Shown here: piece by piece, positions 49,513 to 61,907 of the stretch
How positions within the stretch are numbered: the stretch's first letter is position 1
How the letters are laid out: each line of letters starts with the position of its first letter
Origin: the human T2T-CHM13v2.0 reference genome, Homo sapiens
Reading direction: 5' to 3' (one strand)
Assembly: GCF_009914755.1 (NCBI RefSeq)
Contig: NC_060936.1
DNA length: 64,000 bases
Translations under genes and position numbers: made by a program
The notes under the pieces: model-generated
What the model was told of the DNA's origin: nothing
Databases searched by the model: none
What the model saw: the letters and a program-made list of their open reading frames with translations, nothing else

Positions 49513-51265
49513 GTAAGTGCTCTGCTATTGTCCTTTGTACACCCCTCCAGCAGGTGGGGTTGGGGGGCAGAGGTGGGGGTGGAGCTGCCCAAAGCGGATG
49601 TGGTTAGGGGGATGGAGGGGAAGCCCTGGGGAGGTGGCAGCCGAGGTGCTGTTCAGTGTGCGGGATCTGATTTCTTTAGAGGTTGGGGTAGTGTGAGTGT
49701 GGGGACTGGGGAAGCCTTATTTTCTTGGCAGGATAGGCTGGAGGGCTCTCTGGGCCTAGGTGACACGGGCTGGTGGGAGTAGGGGATGACAGCTGCTCCC
49801 AAGGCAGCATGTGCCTGATTCCAGGAAGCAGATAGGGTAGAATAGGGTGTCTGGGGGCTGGGCTGGGAGCATCATGGGGCAGACGTGGCAGCGGGGAACT
49901 GGCCTGTCTCCCAGGTGTAGACACTTCTCCAGGTGAGTGCATGAAGGGAAGGCTGGGACCTCCCCTTCCTCGTGGAAAGCATGGTGCCTGCCCCTCCTCA
50001 CTGTGGCAGGCCAGAGGGCCTATGGAGTCTGTGGTGTCGGGGGTGGCCTCTGTGAATGGGAAGGCAGGGACAGCCCTTCCACTACTGGTGTTCTAGCACA
50101 TCTCCTTCACTTACAGAAGAGGAGACTTAGGTACAGAGGGGAGAAATGACTTTTCCAGGGGTCCTGCAGTGAGGATGTGTAGAGCCAAGCCCAGAACCAT
50201 GCCTCCTGGGTGGCTGGCAAGCACAGGCACCTGGTCTGACTGTGGAAGACATACCTTCCTTGACTGAGGGTGCTTCCGGAGAAGGCCCACACTGATCTGG
50301 GGCTGAGAGGTGGAGGACGGGAATGGGATTTTCAGCAGGCCTTTCCTGGGGACATGAGATGGGGCCAAGGGCACTGTAGTCCTGGTTCTGTGCCTAAAGG
50401 AGCTGGAGCTCTGCCTTGCACCCCAGACAGGGGTCATGAGATTCCCTTCCTCCTTCCCTGGAAGAGGGCCATCTTTGGGCAGCAGCCCTCCCAGGCCTTG
50501 AGAAATCCCGGATGAAGCACGCACTGGCTCAGTATCTCCCTCAGCTTCCCAAACACTGTTGCCTCATGGGGGGTCAGCGTTCAGGGTGCAGAGAGCCCCA
50601 GAGAGGTGGCTGGGGTGGGGAGGATGGGGTGTCTGGTCCCAGCCTGGAGGGAAGGGGGAAGCCCTGGGAAGCAGGGCCTCCTGTTCTGGGGGCAGGGCTG
50701 GGTGTGTGCCTGGCCTCCTGATGGCAGCAGGTGCTGTACCACCAACCTCGGGCTGAAGACAGGGAGAGGAATTACTGTAAGGGGGAGAGGCAGGTGTTCT
50801 CTGGTCAGCTGGAGATCTGGACTTGGGAAGCACGTGAGTGAGGATGACAGCAGTGGCCAGGTGTCCCTCCCTCAACTCGGCCCCTACATCCGCCCCCAGT
50901 CCAGACCCAGCTTCCTGAGCACTCAGCCCTCCCTCTGGGTACACAGCAGCCCTGGTGGGCAGAATTCCTTGTGTTTACCTCGTTGTCTGGGTGATGGTGG
51001 TGATTGGGTGGAACTCCCATGCCAGATATACTGCCAAGGCCACCCTGAGGGGCTGCCAACCGGGGCCCCATGAGTGCTAGAGCTGCTGGTCTTGTGACGT
51101 GGGCACCTGTCTGCCAGGCCTGGGCACGGGCCCAGGGTCACGCTCATGCTGGGGCTCCCGTCAGCTGACTATTTTGGGCTCTTGCTGACCTGGGCCAAAG
51201 TCAGGTCCAGTCAAGAGGGCCCAAAGTGGCTCCCCCCATCCCCAGAGGCCGGCTCTGGTTTCTGC

Positions 51266-51494
51266 TATATAAACAGAGGAGGACACGCCGGCTTGGAGGC
51301 AGCACCACATCCAGAGCTCGCTCAGCTGCTGCCCAGCCTCGGCTGTGAGGATAGGCTGGCTGGGCAGCACGTCTCTCCCCACAGGGCTCCCTGAGACCAC
51401 CAGGAAGAGCCCCCAACCAATCTTGGGATTCTCCCTTCGTGCGGTTGTCTGGGACCTTTTTCCAGGGTCAAAGCAGATCGTGAGGAGGAAGCTG
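51266..51494 (+). promoter_or_regulatory. NR4A1: Candidate TATA-driven alternative non-coding first exon of NR4A1
   Basis: TATATAAA 51266-51273, ATG-free ~195 nt, strong donor CTG|GTGAGT at 51494. Confidence 0.5.
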
Positions 51495-52909
51495 GTGAGT
51501 CTTGGGACAGGGACATTGAGGAATGGGAGCTGGGCTGTTTGGATTTTTTCCCATTGTGACTGTCATGCCAAACCCTTTGGCCTTGGGCTGCGGGGAGGAA
51601 GCAAGGGTGGCCGACAACTGGAGGCATGAGTGTGCAGCTTGACCACAGCTGGATGACGGTAGTTGGACTTGTGAACGCTGTGACTGAGAACTAGGAGAGG
51701 TGTACAGAGACAGCTAATGCAGTCTAGCTCCTTTCTCAGAGCTTCCCCACAGGGTGTCCGTCCTCCTCTCCTCTCCACCCCGCCTGGATGAGGCACTGGT
51801 CACTGCGGCGAGTTTGGTGTCCATTGGGGTATCTCAGGATTGGCTTCTGAGTGGGGCCCCTGAGCCCCCACTAGTTGGGACTGAGTGGCTGGGCCAGGGG
51901 CTTGGCGTTCTGCTGAGCCCTCAGTCCCTGGCCTGCCCCGCTTGCCGGGCCCTTGCCCGGCCTCCCAGCTGCTTTGGGTGCCTGAGAAGCAGAGCTGGAG
52001 AGAGGTCTGGCAAGTCCGCCAACCAGCTTGCCACAAACACGCTCCGGGACCTGGGCCAGGGACTCTGGCCCGGCATGGAACAGGCAGCAGCTCCTTACGT
52101 GGGAGGCTCCTGTGCTCTCCTTCCCAGTTCTCAAAAAAAAATTTTCCCCTTTCTGAACGTGAGTCTCTAAACGAATCCAGAGCCTGTGACTAAAAATACT
52201 TTAACAATAGGAAAGTGCATCAGTCTTTCCGGCTGGGACTCGTTATCAGAGAGTTTTTATTTTGGAATTTGAAATTTTGCCCACGTAGGCTGGGTGGAGA
52301 CCTTGGGCAGAGGCAAGGGAATTTGGTGGGTGCTGATGTTCTGCAAGGTGGTGGGAGACCCTCCAAGGCGAGAGGAGAAGAGAGCTGGCCAGGAGCTGAA
52401 GAGACTGAGAGGGAAACTGAGGGAGGTTCAAGGCGTGGGGCAACCTTTCCCAAAGGAACTCCGTGATCTTGTCTGTGTTTTCCAGCCCCGTCTGGTGGTT
52501 CTTCCTGAAGTCTGATCTTATTCTTTTATGCTGTATGTTAATTTCTTCTGGCCTGAGAGGGAGGGAGGGAGGGGTAGAGAAATCACTGGACTGAAGATAG
52601 CCTCTGTGGCCATAGCCTGACCTCCTTAATTAACTAGCTCTCTCCAGAGTATTAATTGACCACTCGCTGCATACACAGTCTAGAATTCTCCCAGTGCTGG
52701 GTAGAGCCACATCTCTGGGCACACTCTCTTTTCCTCTCACTCAGCCCAGGAGTGGGAGAAGTAGAGATGGGGTTACTGTTTGTCTGTAGTTCCTGGAGCA
52801 GGAGGGCTGCCGGCTCCCCCGTCCAGCTGAGGACCCTGCTATCTCCTGCCCCTGCCACCCTCCCTGCCAGCCCCAGGATTCTGCTGCAGGCTGCTGTGGT
52901 TGTCCCGTT

Positions 52910-53000
52910 GCAGACATGAGTTCCACAGGGCCGAGTGTGGGACTTGAGTATGCATGGATTTTGGTATATGTCGGGGTCCTGGAACCCATCCCCCTGTAGC
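52910..53000. mobile_element. Tigger/MER2-like DNA transposon fragment
   Basis: GGGACTTGAGTATGCATGGATTTTGGTAT...GGTCCTGGAACC motif. Confidence 0.55.
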
Positions 53001-54284
53001 ACTTCCCTGTGCCCTGGAGGTACTGCCTGCCTCCCGACTTCCACCCTCACTTGCCATTACAGGTTTCCCATGACAGTGGGGGAGCCCAGGCCCCAGGCAG
53101 TGCTACATTTGGATGTGGAGCCTCTCCTTTCCATTGTGAACTGAATTCTACCAGCACTGGGCCTGGTGATGTCTGCATTAGGCAGATGAGGAAGCAGTCT
53201 TGGAGAGGACAAGGGACTGGCCTCAGGTCACACATCAGGCTTGCTAGCTCCTGGACAAAGATGCCTCTGATAGCTCTTCCATATTTCGCCCCTGCTGAGA
53301 GCTGAGGGGAGGAGTGCGGCCACTAGCTGACCTGCCTGGGTCCCTGGGAGGCTGGTTTTGGGGAGGTAGTGATACATGTGCTCATGGTAGGGCTTGGGCA
53401 AGGGCCAGGAGAGCAGAGCCTGGGCCTGACCTTTCACCCCTGGTTCCCAGAGCTGCCCACGGGAAGCCCCCAGGGCAGTAGGCAGTGCTTCCCTGCCCAC
53501 AGTGCAAATCCCCCTGCCTACTGCCAAAGCAGGAAGAGGAAGTGGCCGGGTCAGGGCTGGCAATAGGCCCTGGGGCCGAGGAGGGGAAGCTCCCAGGGCC
53601 ACTTCTGAGCTGGAGAAGGCAAAGCTCACTCCTTCTGCCCACCCCAGGGGAAGGGTGTGGAGGCCCATGGGTGGGGACAGTCTCAGTGAAAGTAGGGCAA
53701 GTTCCTGACCTCTACTCAGTAGGGGTGGGGCCCAGCCCAAGGTGGAGGGGCAGCGTGGGAAAAGGGCTGTGTAATTCCACTTCCTTCATCCCCTGTTTAC
53801 CCATCTCCACCCCTACCCTCTGGGCTGGGGAATGGTGGTGGACATTGGCTGCTCACTTGGGGCCTGCCCTGGGCTACTTACTACTGAGGATGCACAAAGG
53901 ATCTTCCCACCACGGACTAGGAGACAGTGCCCTTGTCCTCATGTTGTTCACATACTGGTCGGTGAGGGATGGGTCTGAGTACATGATAAATCCCTGGGCC
54001 CCATAAGATTTGACTAGGAGGGGTAAGGGCCTGGTGAACTGCTCAGAAAATAAACTGTGTTGTCAGCAGGAGGACCCCTTTCTACTATGAGATATTGCAT
54101 TCCCTGCTAATCATACTTGTGCTCTATCTGTTGATAGAACAAATACATAATGAGAAACAGCCACTGTGCTTTCAGAAGAACACACTTGAAAGAATTTGTT
54201 CTCAATAAATTACATCTGCATCTGGATCCATATGAAGAAATACGTTCCTCTCATTCAGGCGTGGCTATTTTAAAATAAAATTTG

Positions 54285-54465
54285 GGCCGGGCACGGTGAC
54301 TCACGCCTGTAATCCCAGCACTTTGGGAGTCCGAGGCAGGCGGATCACGAGGTCAGGAGATCGAGACCATCCTGGCTAACACAGTGAAACCCCATCTCTA
54401 CTAAAAATACAAAAAATTAGCCGGGCGTGGTGGCGGGCGCTTGTAGTCCCAGCTACTCAGGAGGC
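54285..54465 (+). mobile_element. AluY truncated at its 3' end
   Basis: Left arm plus start of right arm, ends abruptly with no tail. Confidence 0.92.
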
Positions 54466-55455
54466 TACTAGGAGGAAGGGAAACAGTATGCACAGTGGGT
54501 GAAACAGTATGTGCAAAGTGGGTGGTGGGAAGGTTTAGCTCAAGGTCCTTATATGGGGTCGGTGGGGAACTGCGGTGATGAGGGCAGATGGATAGGCTGG
54601 GCCGTGGTGTGGGGGCCTGACTAGGTGGGGCTGTCTCGTCTCCATCGTGACATCTCTCCCCGCCCTTCCATGTTGTCATGGCCTTGCCTTACCTCCAGGT
54701 CCCTGTCTCTAGTTTTGGATACCTCTCTCATTATTACCTGTTCCCTCCTACCCCATCTCCCCGACAATTAGCTGTTCACTCTGACCTTGTTCTTGAAGGT
54801 TAGACTTGGAGGGGTGTGTGCTGGGAGTCTGTGGCCAGTCTGGGACCAGCATTTGTTTTAGGCCTCCCAAAGTCCACGTCAATTGTGCCTTTCTCCAAAG
54901 TTCCACTAGCTGGACCCCACTCTCTCAGAGGCCCAGGCCATTCTCCCTTGAGGGCCCACAAGGCCTGGGATCCCCAAGCCCCTTTCACCTCTCTCGCCTT
55001 TATCTTAGGCTAGGTGCTCCACACGGGAACCTGCATTGGTGGCCCCAGCTGTGTTTCCACAGAGGGACTTTGCCTTTTTCTCCTTATTTACTTATTTTCA
55101 GAATGTGGTGTGTTGAGCACCCCCACCATCTCCCACCCCTGCAAGCATGACCAGGTGGCAGCTGTAGTTCCTTATCCTCCTCCAGGCTTTGGGGCAGCAG
55201 GACTGCAGCCTCCATAACCTGCAGCAGCTTGGGGAGGTGGGGCCTGGGCTGCAGGCCCAGATCTGGAGGCTAGATGCTGAGATTCAGACCAGGGACCTGG
55301 ACAGCTCCTCACCACACTCAGTTTTCCTTGGGCTTATGGGTGGGCCTACCCCACAGGATGGTCTGTGCCACTTTTTACAAATGCCAAGTTGTGAGGAGGA
55401 GAGGAGGGTGCCTGAGCTTGAGGCTGGTTCAACTCTCAAAGAGCTAGCAAGGCTG

Positions 55456-56200
<745 letters not shown>

Positions 56201-56703
56201 CTAGGGAAGGCCCTGCTGGGGTGGAGGGAGACATCCTGGGGCAAAGTGGGTGCTAGGTGAGGAAGTCAGCCTGTGACACAGCTGGGATCAGTTCCACCCA
56301 GCAAGACTTGCTGTGTGCTCCTGAGCAAAGTGTAGCTCCTCTTGGAACCCTTGACTCCTAATCTGCAAAATGGGAGGACTTGAATTCTATATGTGGTTTT
56401 AAACCTTTTTTTTTTTTAAGCTGTGGAGTCATTTTCCACAAAAGGATTCCACAAAATCTAAGCAAAATCTTACGGAAAAGCCTAAGAGAAAGAAAAGCAA
56501 AACTTTGCCTGAAATGAGGTAGGGATCCTGGATGGGTCCAATTGGCATCATCCTGCCCACACTTCACATTCAACCAGTGGCCTTGAAGGAAGATGGTTTG
56601 GAGCAACCCAGAGCTCTCTGCAGATGCATTCACGTTGAGACTGTATGCTGGGATGGAGGGTTCTGGCAGGTTCTGACCAGATGACTGAATGCCATCAGCA
56701 TTA

Positions 56704-56920
56704 CAGTCACCCCTTGGTTTATGAAGGGGGTTGGCTCCAGGACCCCAACTTGTACTGCGAATACTCAAGTCCCACTGTTGGCCCTGTGGAACCTGTAGAT
56801 ACTAAAAGTCGGCCCTCTGTATATGTGGGTTTTTGGATCCATGTTGGATTGAAAAAAAATCCCCAAATCCCCATATGAGTGGACCTACACAGTTCAAACG
56901 TGTTGTTCAAGGGTCAACTG
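56704..56920. mobile_element. TcMar-Tigger (MER2/MER8-like) relic
   Basis: Ends CAGTCACCCCTTG ... GTGTTGTTCAAGGGTCAACTG resemble Tigger TIRs. Confidence 0.7.
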
Positions 56921-57093
56921 TGTATGAAGACTGCTCCATCTGTGGTGGACAGTGAGGCTTTAGAAAGAGGAGACAGGCAGGCTAATGGATGGTCTTCATG
57001 GGTGTGGGAAAGGAGGAGTGGTCACTGGGCGCAGGCAGTTGGTCTGTGGGACCAGTGAGGCATGGGCTGTGGCTGGCAGTAGGAAAGCGGGAG

Positions 57094-57262
57094 AGGCTGA
57101 GTGCAGTGGCTCATGCCTATAATCCCAGCACTTTGGGAAGCCAAGGCAAGAGGCTTGAGCCTGGGAGGTCCAGGCTGCAGTAAGCCATAATCATGCCACT
57201 GCATTCTAGGCTGGGCAACAGAACAAGACCTTGTCTCAAAAACAACAAAACAAAACAAAAAC
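57094..57262 (+). mobile_element. Alu monomer/deleted AluJ
   Basis: Single-arm Alu with A-rich tail. Confidence 0.85.
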
Positions 57263-58699
57263 GGGGAGAGGAAAGGACCCAAGAGATGTTCCAAAAAAGA
57301 ATTTCAGGAAACAGTGAAAAGTTGCAAATGGGGCATCAGGAGCCAGGAGCAGAGATTAGGTGGCAGGCAGGGGGTGCAGAAATGACAAGTTCTGTCTGGA
57401 ACAGATGAAATTTGAGGTGCTTGTGGGACCTTTGAGTGGGCAGAAGCGGGGGCTGGAGACAAGGGTGTGGGAAAACTGTGATGGGGGTTGAGGGTGGAAA
57501 TCGGGCCGGCAGAGCCTCCGGGGCAGAGAAAGTCCTATGGGGTGACCAGATGAGTTGAGAACTGGGTGGGTGGGTGCAGGCTCAATGGAAGCAGAAACTC
57601 ATGGATATTGACTTACATGGGAGAAGGGGAATGGATGGGGGTCGCAGTGGGGTGGCAGGGCTCTCTTTTCCTTGTTTTTGTTTTTTTGCCCTTCCCTCTT
57701 CTCTTACTTTTCCGTGAGGGCTCCCCAGGCTCAGGAGAGATCAGGGTGGAAGGGTGACGGCCAAACCAGGGAAGGCTCCAGGTGGCTGAAGCCTGGTCTG
57801 TGCCCAGCAGGGCCCTGGCGGGCTGTTCCTCACTCCACCGGGCAGGTGATAACTGGTCAGAGCTGCCTCCCCACAGGTGCTGGAGGTAGGCTGGGAGGGC
57901 CGGTGCTCCCTGATGTGGACAGGGGGAGGGGTATTGATAAGAGGCGTGGAGAGATCCCTAGAGATGCAGTCTGTGGCCCTGGGTTCCAACCCAGTGTGCC
58001 ACCACCTGGCTGTGTGACCTTCAGCAAGTGCCATTATTTCTCTGAGCCTGTTTGTTTATAAAATGAGGAAGAGTTGGCACAAGTTTGAAAAGATTTCTCA
58101 GGCTCCACCCGGTTCTGAAATTCGGTAATTTCCCAACTAGGGTGCACTCCCCCTGTAAGGGGCTGGGGAGGGGACGGTGCGAAACCAAGTTCAGCTTGTG
58201 GAGCGGAGCCAGAGCTGTTGGCCGAGCTTGGGCCTGGCCAACGCCTGCCCTCGGGAAGGTCCTGTGTAGGGAGACTGCCTGGAGGGACTAAGCGAGGGCT
58301 CTAACTGACGTCTCAGGGGCAGCCTCTCAGCCTGAGACCCTGCTGGGGAAGCCGCGTCCTGTGCACTAGCTGCGCCTAGGGCTGAGGTGAGGGCGCAGGC
58401 TCCCCAGGGTGTGTCCGAATTGCCCGCCTCAGCCCGCGGCCTGTCCTGACCGCCCAGCAGCGGCAGCAGCGACACCCTAGGGCTCCAGGAAGGGCTTGGG
58501 AAGGTGTAAAGGCGGGGCTAGGCTCGGAGGGAGCCGGAGGGACCGGGCGCGGTTGGCTCCCGGGAGCAACTGGAGAGTGAGGAGATCCTCATCCGGGGAA
58601 GCCCCGCGGCCGCGTCTCTACAGCGCCCCTTCTCGGGCTCTGGCCCTCCCGCTGGTTATTCTGGACCTGGGGGCCCCCAGCTGGGACCCGAGTCCGGTG

Positions 58700-59030
58700 C
58701 GGGGAGCCTAGTGGGCCTGGGAGCTGCTATTTTTAGCGGGCGCGGCGGGCGCGAGGAGCCTATTTATAGATCAAACAATCCGCGCTCCCTGCGTCAATGG
58801 AACCCCGCGTGCGTCACGCGCGCAGACATTCCAGGCCCCCCCTCCTCGCCCCGCCCCCTCGGGCTCCCCGGGCCGCACCTCCCCCTGGCCGCCTCCCGCC
58901 GGAACCGCACCGCCCCCCGCGCCCTTGTATGGCCAAAGCTCGACGGGCGGCCTGCGTCAGTGGCGCCCCCGCCCCTCCCCGTGCGTCACGGAGCGCTTAA
59001 GAGGAGGGTCGGGCTCGGCCGGGGAGTCCC
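58700..59030 (+). promoter_or_regulatory. NR4A1: Canonical NR4A1 immediate-early promoter: 2 MEF2 sites, 4 TGCGTCA CRE/AP-1-like sites, CArG-like box
   Basis: CTATTTTTAG 58727-58736, CTATTTATAG 58760-58769; TGCGTCA at 58790, 58810, 58953, 58982; CCTTGTATGG 58923-58932; TTAAGA 58997-59002; inside a CpG island. Confidence 0.93.
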
Positions 59031-59151
59031 AGTGGCGGAGGCTACGAAACTTGGGGGAGTGCACAGAAGAACTTCGGGAGCGCACGCGGGACCAGGGACC
59101 AGGCTGAGACTCGGGGCGCCAGTCCGGGCAGGGGCAGCGGGAGCCGGCCGG
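59025..59151 (+). other. NR4A1: NR4A1 non-coding exon 1
   Basis: Downstream of the promoter; donor CGG|GTAGGT; TSS approximate. Confidence 0.85.
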
Positions 59152-59848
59152 GTAGGTTCCCTTCGGGGAACGTGCATCTGTTTTTAGGAGCGGTGCATGA
59201 AGGAGATGGGTGTACGCGCGGGCAGAGAGGATGTTGTAGGGCCGGCATGCAAGAGGGTAGGTGTAGTGTGCAGCTGTAGCACAACGGGATGAGAACCCAG
59301 GTCAGACTGGAAACTACTGGGTGCGGGGTAGGAGGTAGGGGAGGTTGACTACCTGCAAAGTGGAAGCTGTAGGGGGTTGGGGTTGGCGCCGGGAGTAGGG
59401 ACTTGTCCAGCAGGCGGCTGGCCTTAGTTCAGTCTCCTAGGGTGCCCAACTGGGCGCACGGTGCTCTGAACTTGGGTGGGTGTGGATGGGGGTCACAGCA
59501 CCGTGGGGGAACAGGTACACAGAGCTTTGGCGCTGCTGGGATCCGTACGATTCTAACTGGGATTGGATTTCCAAAAGGCCCTCCTTCCTCCCAGCCTGTC
59601 AGCTCCCTCCCAGTGTCCCGGTTGTTTTCTTAACACTTTAGAGGCTGTGGCTGAGTTGGCAGGGGTTCCCCACCCTGAACTTTCTGTCTGAGGTGCGTTA
59701 GGAAGCCTCCGGATCATTGAAGGAAGTGACTGGCTTGGTGGCTGACCTGTGGAGGGCTGCTTGCTGTGTATTGAATAAAGGAGGCTTCTTGGGGTCGGGG
59801 CAGGGTCTCTGTAAGCACAGGGAGAATTGATTTCGCTGGGGCTTGGAT

Positions 59849-59852
<4 letters not shown>

Positions 59853-59915
<63 letters not shown>

Positions 59916-59920
59916 CAGAG
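59853..59920. repeat. Compound microsatellite (TG)15(AG)12 plus degenerate AG
   Basis: Read directly. Confidence 0.97.
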
Positions 59921-60074
59921 GTGGAAACCCTTGTCCTTGGGGATCCTGGATAGAAGTTGCCAGTGTTGGAGTCTTGGGGCGGTGCTGCCTAGAGGATACC
60001 TCCCAACCATTCCAGCTCCAGATGCTGATCATCCCTATGCCCCCTCCCCCAGTAGTCTCTGTTGGATCTTACAG

Positions 60075-60224
60075 GTAGGGTGCAGCCTGAGGCTTGTTCA
60101 GCAGAACAGGTGCAAGCCACATTGTTGCCAAGACCTGCCTGAAGCCGGATTCTCCCCACTGCCTCCTTCAACCCCGCCTCTTCCTCCTCCTGTGGGACTG
60201 CTCCCCCCTCCTGTGAGGCTAGAT
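60075..60224 (+). other. NR4A1: NR4A1 alternative non-coding cassette exon (150 nt)
   Basis: Acceptor TCTTACAG|, donor GAT|GTAGGT; matches my recollection of a longer NR4A1 5'UTR variant. Confidence 0.7.
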
Positions 60225-61907
60225 GTAGGTCCATATCTTGTGTTGTTAAGAACCTGCATGAAGGGGGAGGGACTGATGGGGGTTGATCCGGATGTGGGAC
60301 GTCCAGGTGGAGAAACAGGATTTGAATAAGGCAGGAACAAGCGCCCAGTTCTGCCCAACTGCTGTCTTTCCTCCTTCACCCCCAGCCCATCCCTGGCCAG
60401 GCTGTCCTAGTGCAGGCAGATGTGGCCACCCTCACCTCTCGCAGGGTGCTGCATGCCTGTGGACTGGTGCCACTGGGTGTGTGGGGCCTGAGCTACAAGG
60501 GTCTCTGTTGTCTTGGTTGTCAGGCTAGGGGTGGAGGTGCCCTGTTCAGGGCCTGTGGAGTTAGAAGGAAGGCTAGGACCAGAGAGGACTTCCTGGGCTC
60601 TTGGCCAGGAGGTGGTGACAGCCTTTGCCCCCATCACTGCACCCCTTGATTATGGTACTCTGTTCCTGCTTGATTTCTTCTCCAGCTTCCCTCATTGACT
60701 GGTGAGGCCAGAGTTACGCAGACCCCAGGTGTGTAGGTTGGGAGGGAGACTGTCCTGGAGCCTCCTCTGCATTATTTTTTGACCATTCTGTGAATGTAAG
60801 GATCTGCCTGAATGATGCTATCTCTGTTCAGGCTCTCTTCAGGCTCCTCGGGACTGGGGCTGTGTAACCCCCTTTGCCTGAGCCTCTGGATTCTTCAGGG
60901 CACAGACCCTGCTTTAGTGGAGGGACCCAGGCAGGGGCAGAATGTCTTCCACCCACCCACCAGCAGGCTTCTCCTTAAGTCTTCTGCTGGACTCTCAGAG
61001 TTCTCTTATTAAGATAACTGGGGGCAGCAGAACATTCTTTTTAGGTACTGTTGTCCATTCTCCTGAGAGTCCAGGGGGCTGTGGTCTCCTTCCTCCCCCC
61101 TTGCCCTGTCCCCAGCAAATGGCCTTTAAAGGTCTGGAGCCAGGTTACCGATGAGGAGGCCTAGGTTCCCTTCCTCTTTGCTTCTGGGAGCATCTCGAGC
61201 AGTGCAGAGTGGCTTCCCAGCCCCAGATGGCAGGATTGGGGTGGGTTTGGGATCTGCTGCCTTTGCTCAGTGTGCAGGGTTGGGGTGGAAATGGGGGACA
61301 GGCTAGGGCCTCTGCATTAGGCTGCCTTCTTAGGCAGGTGGGCTTTCACTTCCAGCTCCTCTTCCATTTTCACGATGTCCTTCTTCCTAGGCACTGCGAG
61401 GGGAGGAGAAAAGGGGCTTTGCAGAGGCCTGGGAGTATTCCCAGGAAGTGCCTGGTTGGCGAAACAACCAGGGAGCTGCTCCTGGGAGCTGGGCTGAGGC
61501 TTTGCTGGGCTGCCTCTCCCACTCACCCTTCTCCCGGCCCCCACCATGCCTTCCCCATGGGGGAGGGGCAGGGGGCTGGAGGAACACAGCTTCCCCCTGT
61601 TCTAGCAGAGAAATGCTGGCTGTATGCCTCCCCTAGGGTTCCCAGGCTGACTAGGGTGTGGCTGGCCTTCTGATGGAGCCCACTCATGCTGGGCCGCTGC
61701 CCAGGGGCTTTGTGGCACCTAGGTCGAGATGGTACTCAGGCCAGGGGTCAGGATTCCTGGGTGCTCTGGTCCCGGTGCCTCTGTCTCATCTTTAGGCTGG
61801 GATTCCTGCCACCTTGCTGCTCTGGGGCCCAAATACTTTGAGACAAGGCTATAGGCTTGTCCCACTGACTCTCCTTTCCCTCCCTGGGGTCTCCTCTCTC
61901 TCCAGAG

